A stretch of DNA of 63,196 nt, the filler included, from Chiloscyllium plagiosum (taxonomy: Eukaryota), in the NCBI RefSeq assembly GCF_004010195.1. It is 3 parts of one record of this genome, joined end to end, with 100 filler letters (N's around TTAATTAATTAA, not from the genome) between each part and the next. Parts side by side here need not be neighbours in the genome. Positions count along the whole stretch, not along the records: positions 47,565 to 63,196 come from NC_057711.1; 2 more parts are not named here. One strand, written 5' to 3'. Below the pieces are notes generated by a model. The model was not told the DNA's origin. It searched no databases and was given only the letters and a program-made list of their open reading frames with translations. The translations under genes were made by a program, and so were the position numbers. Numbering within the stretch: position 1 is the first letter of the stretch; every line of letters starts with the position of its first letter. Positions 54,000 through 63,196 of this stretch are shown one piece after another.

Positions 54000-54562
54000 T
54001 TTTTTATTCATTCTGGCAATGTGAGCATCATTGGCTAGGCCAGCACTTATTGTCCATCCCTAATTACCCAGAGGGCAGTTAACAGTCAACCACATTGCTG
54101 TGGGTCTGGAGTCACATATAGGCCAGACCAGGTGAGGATGGCAGTTTCCTTCCTTAACGGACTTTAATGAACCGGATGGGTTTTTCTGATATTCAACAGT
54201 GATTTCTCGGTCATCATTGCACGTTTAATTCCACTTTTTTTTTATTTCAAATAATCGGCCATGGTGGGATTCAAACTCAATTCCCCAGAATATTACTTAG
54301 TTCTCTGGATTAACAGTGACTGAGAGAAAATGAGGACCGCAGACGCTGGAGAGTCAGCGTTAAAAAGTGTGGTGCTGGAAAAGCACGGCAGCATCTGAGG
54401 AGGAGAGTCGACGTTTCAGACATTAGCCCTTCATCAGGAAATTGGGGGGGGGGGTGTAGGGGGTGTGGAGCTGAGAGATAAATAGGATGTTGGGGGTGGG
54501 ACTGGGGAAAAGATACTGGATTAACAGTCCAGTGATAATACCTCTTGGCCATTGCCTCCCCT
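54000..54562 (-). mobile_element. tRNA-derived Deu-domain-type SINE (SacSINE1-like), interrupted by a PLE end
   Basis: Minus-strand head ggggaggcaatggcc..gagtttgaatcccacc; core tggtctggcctatatgtgactccagacccacagcaatgtggttgact; CR1-like tail. Confidence 0.65.
54318..54515 (-). mobile_element. PLE 3' end with 13-bp TSD
   Basis: TSD ctggattaacagt at 54305-54317 and 54516-54528; core ctgatgaagggctaatgtctgaaacgtc at 54410-54437 (minus). Confidence 0.8.
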
Positions 54563-54955
54563 TCATCAGTTATCCCTTTATTAGGGAGCTGAATTTATTT
54601 AAAATGAATTCTCAGAGATCCTTTTCAGGGTTATATCCCAATTTCCATTCCTGAGACTAGTTGACTTTGATCTTCCAGGCATACCAGCTGTCAATCCTTT
54701 CTTGAGCCCTTTGCTGGTCAGGGACATGGGGAGTAGTTACCCTGGTTATCTGAGCTCCATCAATGCTGCTCGATTTGTAAAAATTCAATTAGAAACTCTA
54801 TTCCACACAAATTCAATAGAAACTTTGAGGACAGGTTGGAAACTAACATATTTAGGATATGAGCAGAAGTTACCTAGAGCATTGGAAATCTTTAACTGCA
54901 TCCTCCAGCCCTCAAAAATATTGATAAGTCCTCCCATTCACCTCCAATCACTTAC

Positions 54956-55242
54956 CCTCAGACACAGATGGAGCACAGTTCCTTCACTAAAGATTTTCTG
55001 CCAAGTTTTGACTACTTCTGGCAGGAAGCTCTTTATGATGTAAGTCTGCCCACTTTTCAGCACATCTTCTTCTGACCAAGTGCAGCACACCTTCATAGCC
55101 CGACGAAGACCTCCATCCATTTCTTCCTTGGAAAGGACATGAATCATGGCAGCCAAACCATGTTGAGACCAGGAGGACATGCTCTTGTCCAGGTTTACTG
55201 GTGAACTCTCCTCCAACTTGTAAATGGTTACCTCCTCACCAG
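54956..55242 (-). CDS. TRPM6: TRPM6 alpha-kinase N-lobe exon (287 bp): (A)[55 protein letters not shown]
   Basis: ttttgtgcag acceptor, gtaagt donor; [15 protein letters not shown] and EEMDGG favour TRPM6 over TRPM7 (EEMGGG); includes the ATP-binding Lys of IIKSF. Confidence 0.96.
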
Positions 55243-55651
55243 CTGCACAAAAATACAAAATGATAGTGGTATCTTCAACATGTTAACATTTGCAAAAAGT
55301 GGACTGTTGTACCAATATCTCTATTGACAATTTTATAATATTCAAAAAATGTGTACATTTTCAAGCAACGTGAACCAATTGCTCTTCCAAGTACTTCTGA
55401 GCACTACAGTCTTTTACTTTATTCAAGTTCTGTTCAGGTTCCAATGCATAAAACACATACCAAGTATGTAAGGATCAACTGCTACACGCTGTTGATTACC
55501 TGAAAAATTAGCCTTCAAATCTATTTTGTAGCCAATTAAAATGAAAACAGGTTATTTTTTTCAAGAATTACTCTCTCCCTACACAATGGATTGGGCAAAC
55601 AGAAGAAAGGAAAAAACAAACAACGAAAGAAAGATTCTCATTTTGATTTTA

Positions 55652-55978
55652 GAATCATAGAATCCCTATAGTGTGGAAACAGGCCCTTCGGCCTAGCAAG
55701 TCCACACTGACTCTCCAAAGAGTAACCCGTCCAGATTCAGTCCCCCATTACTCTACATTTATCCCTGACTAACGCACCTAACCTACACAACCCTGAACTT
55801 TATGGGAACTTAGCAAGGCCAATTCACCTAACCTGCAAATCTTTTGACTGTGGGAGGAAACCAGAGCACCCGGAGTAAACCCATGCAGACATGGGGAGAA
55901 TGTGCAAACTCCATATAGACAGTCGCCCGAGGCTGGAATCAAACCCTGGCGCTGAGGCAGCAGTGCTCACCACTGAGC
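55652..55978 (-). mobile_element. HE1-type SINE
   Basis: Homologous to 8668-8980. Confidence 0.8.
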
Positions 55979-55989
55979 CTTAGGAAGAA

Positions 55990-56325
55990 ATTACATCATT
56001 GCTAGCAGGCCATTTGGCCCTTGGTAGACACTGATCCTCCAAACAGTATCCCACCCAGAACCAGACCCAGCCCCCTACTGTATCCCTGTAACCCTGCATT
56101 CCCCATGGCTAAGCGACCTAGTCTGCACATCCCTGGACACTATGGGCAAATTAACATGGCCAAAAACCTAACCTGCAAATCTTTGGACTGTGAGAGGAAC
56201 ACGGATCATCTGGAGGCAACCCACACAAATACAGTGAGAATGTGCAAACTTCACACAGACAGTCGCCAAAGGGAGGAATCAAACACAGGTCTTTGGTTAA
56301 GTGTGGCAGCATTGCTAACTACTGA
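55990..56325 (-). mobile_element. HE1-type SINE, older tandem copy
   Basis: gagaatgtgcaaacttcacacagacagtcgcc; homologous to the adjacent copy. Confidence 0.7.
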
Positions 56326-56464
56326 TCAATAAGAATGTGCCAGATCTGTGCTTTCACTGAGCAGAACACGCTGCCCAACATCATCATTTTGTTCTCCCAA
56401 CTAACAATCCCTGTCCCACAAGCAATGAGATCTTTAAATCAAAACAGAAGTACATTAATATTAC

Positions 56465-56530
56465 CAAAGAGATCAACGGGGGTGAATGGTATTGTCTGGG
56501 CAAGCCTCATTAAATTATTTCTTTCAACAG
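56465..56530 (-). CDS. TRPM6: TRPM6 exon (66 bp): (A)VERNNLMRLAQTIPFTPVDLF
   Basis: ttttttgcag acceptor, gtaa donor, phase 1-1; matches the TRPM6/7 kinase dimerisation segment ERNNLMRLSQ.IPF.P. Confidence 0.95.
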
Positions 56531-57507
56531 CTGCAAAAAAAGAAACATATTTAAAACAATGTTAAAAGTTTACATTAAAAATGCCTTATCTCCCACTCTT
56601 CAAATGTGCTTAGTCTACCCTGTTGAAAACAAGTACCATTTCTTTGGAAGGACAGTTAGGTCAGCAGCTCTATGATGAAACTTTATTCCCTCCCTATTAA
56701 AAAGCATTTTTGCAGCTTATTCCCTTGGGGTGATCAAGCAGCTAGGAAACCAGATGAAGCGGGAGCAATTCTATGTCTTATTACTTTGATGCAAAACACT
56801 GAGCCATCATCTATCTACATACATGCGCAGACACATCCTTAAAAGTCCTTTAATCACCCAGTATATCTGAATTGGAATACCTTTCTCTTTTAAAACATAA
56901 CTAGTTATTTTGCGGTGGCATTACTTAAAGGCAGTCTGGCTATAGTTGTGATGAAGAGTGCTAAAATGGTGCTGCACTTCCACTGGACAGGAAATGGAAC
57001 AAAAAATTATAATGCCGCTGTTAAATTTGAGTGATTTCAACTTTCCCAATCTTCACACTCTACCATGATATGTATCCCCACTCAATCCTTGTAAATATGA
57101 GGGTTAATCTGTCTGCTGTTTAACATATGCTCAAAGCAAATTTTACTTCATTAAAATGTTGTCAAAATTGCCCTTTAACTTCTCAAAATTCTTTAAGTGA
57201 GAGCTACTGAGTGAAAGGTTTTCGAACCCACTGAAAAATGTACAGCTGACTGAACCTTGCTGAAACATCCTGGAAAATGTCACATTCAATGGCAGAGTTT
57301 CAGTTCCGAGAGAAAGAAAAATCAAGTCAAAGCCTATTGGAAAAGCTAAGGTTGTGATGCAAAAACTTTAATGAAGCTATAAAAAGGCATCACAATGAAT
57401 AAGTTTAACCATGTTGTTATAAGATATCATGAGAAGGACTTTTCCATTTTGGGCAAGAGCTGTCATTGGGTCAAATGTGAATCCCAACCTGACACTGTCA
57501 GCAGCAG

Positions 57508-58113
57508 CTGAAAATGTGTTGCTGGAACAGCGCAGCAGGTCAGGCAGCATCCAGGGAATAGGAGGATCGACGTTTCGGGCATAAGCCCTTCTTTAGGAAT
57601 GAGGAAAGTGTGTCCAGCAGGCTAAGATAAAAGGTAGGGAGGAAGGACTTGGGGGAGGGGCGTTGGAAATGCGATAGGTGGAAAGAGGTCAAGGTGAGGG
57701 TGATAGGTCAGACTGGGGTGGGGGCGGAGAGGTCAGGAAGAAGATTGCAGGTTAGGAAAGCGGTGCTGAGATCGATGGATTTGACTGAAACAATGTGGGG
57801 GAGGGGAAATGAGGAAACTGGTGAAATCCGAGTTCATTCCTTGTGGTTGGAGGGTTCCTAGGCGGAAGATGAGGCGCTCTTCCTCCAGCCGTCGTTTTGT
57901 TGTGGTCTGGCGATGGAGGAGTCCAAGGACCTGCATATCCTTGGTGGAGTGGGAGGGGGAGTTGAAGTGTTGAGCCACAGGGTGGTTGGGTTGGTTGGTC
58001 CGGGTGTCCCAGAGGTGTTCTCTGAAATGCTCCGCAAGTAGGCGGCCTGTCTCCCCAATATAGAGGAGGCACCCGATCTGATCTCCAGCATCTGCAGACC
58101 TCACTTTCTCCCG
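57508..58113 (-). mobile_element. PLE GIY-YIG plus tail-less 3' end, with inverted tail at the other end; 11-bp TSD
   Basis: LLYIGETGRLLAEHFREHL..LIFRLGTLQPQGMN; tail ctgatctccagcatctgcagacctcactttctcc on plus strand at 58078-58111; TSD gtcagcagcag at 57497-57507 and 58114-58124. Confidence 0.88.
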
Positions 58114-58471
58114 GTCAGCAGCAGTCAACTGACATCAATTTTGACTGGACAAGCAAATTAGAGGACAGAATATCTGCTTATTTAATTAATTTACCTTATA
58201 ATCTAACTTAATTAAGTGCATGAGTGGGCTGCAACCTGCCATTGAGGAAAGCATCTCCATCTTGAGACATCTTATGGGCGGCACAGTGGTTAGCACTGCT
58301 GCCTCACAGCAGCAGAAGACCCGGGTTCAATTCCTGCCACAGGCAACTGACTGTGTGGAGTTTGCACATTCTCCCTGTGTCTGCGTGGGTTTCCTCCGGG
58401 TGCTCCAGTTTCCTCCGACAGTCCAAAAATGTGTAGGTTAGGTGAATTGGCCATGCTAATTTGTCCGTAGT

Positions 58472-58572
58472 TCAAGATTTGTAGCTTGGGTGCTCGTTGT
58501 TGTGGTTCTGTTCGCCGAGCTGAGAATTTGTGTTGCAGACGTTTCGTCCCCTGCCTAGGTGACATCCTCAGA
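58472..58572 (-). mobile_element. 101-bp third-family PLE 3' end with intact hammerhead core
   Basis: TSD tgtcc(g/a)tagt at 58462-58471 and 58573-58582. Confidence 0.75.
58538..58571 (-). ncRNA. Minimal type I hammerhead ribozyme core
   Basis: CUGAGGA-U-GUC.A.CCU(AGGC)AGG.G.GAC-GAAAC-GUC: conserved core bases, stem II and GUC cleavage triplet; stem I 5' strand truncated. Confidence 0.65.
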
Positions 58573-58944
58573 TGTCCATAGTGTTAGGTGACGGGGTAAA
58601 TGTAAGGGAATGGGTCTGGGTGGGTTGCTGTTCGGAGGGTCGGTGTGGACCTGTTGTGCTGAAGGGCCTGTTCCCACACTGTAAGTAATCTAATCCTCTC
58701 ATCACTTTTAAAAGATTAGATCTAACTTATGCCACATTTGTTACCTCACCACTGTGGAAGAGAAATCACTTCACAGGGTGACCTGCAGTCAGAGCTGCAG
58801 CCAGTAGATGGGGTAGTGGTGGGAGGCATAGTTAGGGGTCTTACTTTGGAGGTACAGAGTTGTAGTGGAATGCTGGTCCTCTGGTCTGTCACCAAGAAAC
58901 TGACTGAGTGCATTTGAAGGGGCAGAGATAATTACTGGGCAATT

Positions 58945-59280
58945 TATTTCTATTTTAAGTCATCATGAGATGTGGGCATCATTGGCCAAGTTATGTTGCT
59001 TGTCCCTAGATGCCCTTGAAAAAATGGTGATGATCTACCTTCTTGGAACTGTTGCAGTCCATTTGCCATTTAGGAGAGAGTTCCAGATATTTGACCCAGT
59101 GACAGCGAAGGATCGGTGATATTTTTCCAAGTCAAGATGGTGAGTGTCTTGGAAGGGAGCTTGCAGATAGTTCCCATGTATCTACTGCCCTTGTCCTTTG
59201 AAATGGTAGTGGTCAAGGGTTTAGAAAGTGCTATCTGTGGAGCCTTGGTGAATATTTTAATGAAGCTACCCTGCCACTTG
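58945..59280 (-). mobile_element. CR1/L2-clade 3' tail
   Basis: Homologous to 2760-3070 and 62075-62420. Confidence 0.65.
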
Positions 59281-59887
59281 TGGTTCTGGCCCCATTCTAG
59301 CCAAATCCAAAAATGGCTCAAGGTGAGACAATGCTGATAAACTGTCTTACCGATTGGTAATGCACATTTATTAGGTGCTTACTTATTTCTTCTTCTATAC
59401 CATAATCCTATCACTATTGTCCGATAAAATTATTTTATTTGTACTGTTATTTGGGCCTGAAACATTTGTCATTGAAGGAAAAAATAGCAACATTTTCAAA
59501 AGATTTAGAAACAAAATATGATGGCCAGAGAGATCTAACCTGATTATAACTCTCTGCAAGTAAATGGAGAGAGAACAGGATTGAAGGGCCAAATGACCTA
59601 CTCCTGCTCCTATTTTCTATTGAATATCCTTACTCTGGGACTGCTATTACATGCATTTGAGATTTGCAAGTAAAAATACCAGTCTCCATAGTAATTAGTT
59701 GCATAACATTACAGGCACAAGCATAACACAGAAAATAGCTATTAATAAAAAAGAAATGTTAGATGCTGTACAATTTGATACTGTCTTTTCTCTCAAGTTT
59801 TGTGAGCTGTGAACAATGAATACTTAGTTTGCTGAGCTCAGAATAGATAACTGGAGATTTGATGAATTGTGTTCACTCTCTCCTTAC

Positions 59888-59938
59888 CAGAGTAATGATA
59901 GTTCAGATCCTGAGAGGTTTTAAATGAGGTAACAAATC
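59888..59938 (-). CDS. TRPM6: TRPM6 exon (51 bp): (G)FVTSFKTSQDLNYHYS
   Basis: tgtgtttcag acceptor, gtaagg donor, phase 1-1; aligns with TRPM6 ..LKSPQEPHHHYSA and TRPM7 ..PFKP..DTNYYYSA directly before ERNNL. Confidence 0.85.
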
Positions 59939-60120
59939 CTGAAACACAATGCATCCTGGTTATCAATAGATAAACATCAAGACAGATACATTACTCTTGT
60001 CGAGTTTTTAAAAACATCTTAAATATTTTTGTTTAGTGAGTAAATATAATGGATTCCAGTTGTTAGCATTACAGAAGCCCCTCCAATTTCAACAGCATTG
60101 GAGAAGATCTTGATAAAACT

Positions 60121-60602
60121 GATTCGGAGATGCCGGTGTTAGACTGGGGTGTACAAAGTTAAAAATCACACAACATCAGGTTATAGTCCAACAGGTTTAA
60201 TTGGAAGCACTAGATTTCGTAGCGTTGCTCCTCCAGGTAGAGTACACAATTGTAAGACACAGAATTTATAGCAGAAGCTTACAGTGTGATATAACTGATT
60301 ATCTGGGCTGACACCAATTGTTAAAGTTCACCTGAGAAGGTAACTTCGAAAAAAAGTTTTGCGACTTACATATGAAAGAAGTGAAACTATCGTGGTCATT
60401 CTAATCGATGAGAGACTTAAAAAACAATCAAGGGATTTTTCAATATATAATTTCATTTACATCACACTGTAAACTTTTGCTATAAATTCTGTGTCTTACA
60501 ATCGTGTACTCCACATCACCTGATGAAGGAGCAGTGCTCCAAAAGCTAGTGCTTCCAATTAAACCTGTTGGACTATAACCTGGTGTTGTGTGATTTTTAA
60601 CT
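60121..60602. mobile_element. Second-family inverted PLE-end element (tail-bearing minus arm plus tail-less plus arm)
   Basis: Arms ~60157-60295 and ~60455-60602 are reverse complements; core ctgatgaaggagcagtgctccaaaagcta at 60520-60548; degenerate TSD cttgataaaactga / cttaatacaattga. Confidence 0.78.
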
Positions 60603-61341
60603 TAATACAATTGAAATATCAGACCCAAAAAGGCACAGCCCAAAGCCAGTGGCAATCAGGAGAGTTTGGAAATTCAGTTACATGAATTCTCTGAAAAAAA
60701 CAATTGATCTGCTTTCTGGTCAACAGGCAGCTGTGGGAATTAGGTGGGACAAGTCGTTACATCTGGCTATGTTCCCGGAACAGTTCGCGGTATCTGGTTC
60801 AAATAGGGGTATAAGGTGGTAAAGTCAGGACAGAGGAGGTTTTGGCAGTAATGAAGAAAGGTAAGACCAAGGTCTCCACTTGAGGCCTCGAGAAGCAATC
60901 CAGCTCCTCTTTATTAATGCAACTGATGAGGTAATTCAGTGATAATGGTGACTTAAACCAGAAATAATTTACATTAGGAAATAACATTGGTTCTCAGGAA
61001 AATCAGGTGAGCCAGCATGAGAGCAGTTGGACTGGTCAGGAGTCTGCAGCAACCTGGATTAATTAAATAATTTATTGCCCCATCCAGGGGAGTGGAGCTG
61101 ATGACTTTGCCCAATTGCCAAGCTTGGTTGCAGATGAAGGAACTGTAATATAGTCAGATTAGAGACTGGGAATTGCACAATTCGCTTTCAGAAGAAATTA
61201 TTTTTCCAATTTTTAACTCAACTGTCTGTAATTTTGAGCTATATATTCAATGTCAAAACCTCAATAATTAATATAAAAATCAAGGAGGTGGAGTTGTTTC
61301 AAATGCATATACATTTGAACATTCAAAATCTTATGACTTAC

Positions 61342-61364
61342 CATCAATAACACATGAATTTGAC
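61342..61364 (-). CDS. TRPM6: Probable TRPM6 micro-exon (23 bp): SNSCVID(G)
   Basis: ttccattccatacag acceptor, consensus gtaagt donor; phase 1 end joins the 51-bp exon in frame; loosely like human SSIGVDK. Confidence 0.6.
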
Positions 61365-62069
61365 CTGTATGGAATGGAAGTGACAGCACATAGTCATATA
61401 ATGAAATACTGAAAGTACATCAACTATATACATGCCCGTAGTGTACTTTACAAATGGAAAATCTTTCAGAACACTTTACAATCCAGAAGGAAATTGCTTT
61501 TAGAATATCTTTGACCATTGCCTCATAATCTCATCTTTAAATACTGGGAAGTAATGTCACGCTGTCAACCCAATGACACTGAATGCACTCAATCAAATTC
61601 TAAGATTGAAAGTATCTTCACAGAGATTTGCTAAAACATTTCAAGTAAAATCAAACTCTAACAAATTGTGAGTAAGTAACTTCGGCGAGAGATTTCCACC
61701 AAGCTGCTCTCAATGTGAGAGACATGGTGAAAGTCTGCATCTGCACGTGGTAAAACAGAGGTTGTATCGCACCTCTGGAAAATGAACATGGTGGCAGCAA
61801 CAAGACAGATTTAGCCACAATAACCGTAAAAGTATCAGGTCAGGATCTGAGACACCAAGGCAGATTCACAATTATGGAAGAGCCACTTGTGCTGCCAGAA
61901 AAGATAAGAGAAGTAATAAAATTCAAAATGGACTGGATTTTTACATTAAACGAATATCCTTGCAGGACTATTAGGAGATACGAAGATGTAGTGTAGGTGG
62001 ACTCACTAGATACACTTTCCAAGTGCAGGTACAAAGGGTTGAATGATCTCCTCTCGTACAGTACCTTCT

Positions 62070-62676
62070 TTTTTTAATTCATTCATGGGATGTGAGCATT
62101 GCTGGCTGGATCAGCACTTATTGCTCATTCCCAATTGCCTTTGAGAAGGTGGTGGTGAGCTGCCTACATGAACCATTGTAGCCCATTAGGTGTAAGTACA
62201 TCCACAATGCCAACAGGAAGAGAATTCCAAAAGTTTGACCCAGTGACACTTCAGGAATGGCGATATATTTGTAAACCAGGATGGTGAGTGGCTTGAACGA
62301 GAACTTGCTCACTGTGGTGTTCCCATGTACCTGCTGTCCTTGACCTTCTAGATGTCAGTGGTTGTGGGTTTGGAAGGTGCTGCCTAAGGTGTTTGGTGAA
62401 TTTCTGCAGTGTATCTTATAAATGGTTCACACTGCTGCTACTGAATGTTGGTGTTAGAGTGGCTCAATGTTTGTGGATGTGGTGCCAATCAAGCAGATTG
62501 CTTTGTCCTGAATGGTATCTAACTATCGAGTGTTGTTGGAGCTCACCCATCCAGGCAAGTGGGGATTATTCCATCACACTCCCGACTTGTTCCTAGTGGA
62601 TGGTTATAGGGGAGTCAGGAGGTGAGTTACTCTCTCCAGGATTTCTAGCCTCTGACCTGCTCTTGTAACCAAAATA
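62070..62676 (-). mobile_element. CR1/L2-clade 3' fragment
   Basis: Homologous to 2760-3320. Confidence 0.75.
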
Positions 62677-62677
62677 C

Positions 62678-63196
62678 TTGTGTGACAAGACTGTATTAGT
62701 GATATGTACTTCTTGTCAGATGTGGGAGTTTAAAGAGAGTTTAAGGGTTACTGCGGATTATATCTGCCATAAATGCTGTTCGATGCAAGTCTTATCGGAT
62801 CAAGTGGATTGGTTGGAGAAACTGATAGAAGCGATGAGAAATTTGCAACAGCAACAGTATTTGATGGATGGCAGTTATAGGAAGGGGGGAAACTCTCAGA
62901 TACAGTCACAAAGATGGGTTAACTCCAGGAAAGGTAAGAGAGGAGAGGCACCTAGGGCAGGAGTCTTTTGTGGACATACCCATTTCAAACAGGTATGCTG
63001 TTTTGGAAAATGAAGGGGGTGATGGATTCTCAGGGGAACGTAGCACGAACAGCCAAGTTTCTGGTATTGAGACTGGCTGTAATGCAACGAGGGGTACATC
63101 GGGTTCCAAGAGATCAATTGTGTTAGGGGATTCTGTAGTCCGAGGTACAGACAGATGTTTCTGTGGCCAGCAGAGAAAAAGCAGAATGGTGTGTTG
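62678..63196 (+). mobile_element. CR1 ORF1 start (CxxC..CxxC zinc finger, coiled coil, GDS esterase motif), frameshifted, runs off window
   Basis: ICTSCQMWE..YICHKC; LEKLIEAMRNLQ; later frame VLGDSVVRGTD. Confidence 0.8.

Larger units (their letters stand above)
58275..58695 (+). mobile_element. HE1-type SINE interrupted by a third-family PLE end
   Basis: gggcggcacagtggttagc, gggttcaattcc, 3' cctgttcccacactgtaagtaatctaatc. Confidence 0.85.

Noticed and set aside
56858..57230. Candidate extra TRPM6 exons (GFENLSL.., TLHHNYSQ.., ERYSNSDIL)
   Set aside because: The 51-bp and 66-bp exons already join in phase to give the conserved YHYSAVERNNL; the chain would need a 38-bp intron and weak donors

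Overview
Repeat-rich vertebrate genomic DNA, inferred to be shark/elasmobranch from HE1-type and Deu-domain-type SINEs, CR1/RTE/Rex LINEs and Neptune-type Penelope elements. The only host gene I can support is TRPM6 (minus strand). Five exons (61342-61364, 59888-59938, 56465-56530, 54956-55242, 49322-49404) splice in phase into the pre-kinase segment and N-terminal part of the alpha-kinase; I could not find the remaining 3' kinase exons, which may be in the gap at 47.5 kb. The most striking structure is a Penelope-like element (PLE) system. (1) About a dozen PLE 3' ends of three sequence families carry minimal hammerhead-ribozyme cores. (2) Several insertions share one design: a tail-bearing arm plus an inverted tail-less arm, flanked by 11-18 bp TSDs. 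(3) A 6.5-kb composite (30099-36604) sits inside a CR1 between 15-bp TSDs; its two outward-facing PLE arms enclose about 2.9 kb of unrelated older repeat DNA containing a 642-bp near-perfect inverted duplication. There are three N gaps, two with an artificial TTAATTAATTAA spacer. All identities were assessed by eye and repeat boundaries are approximate.
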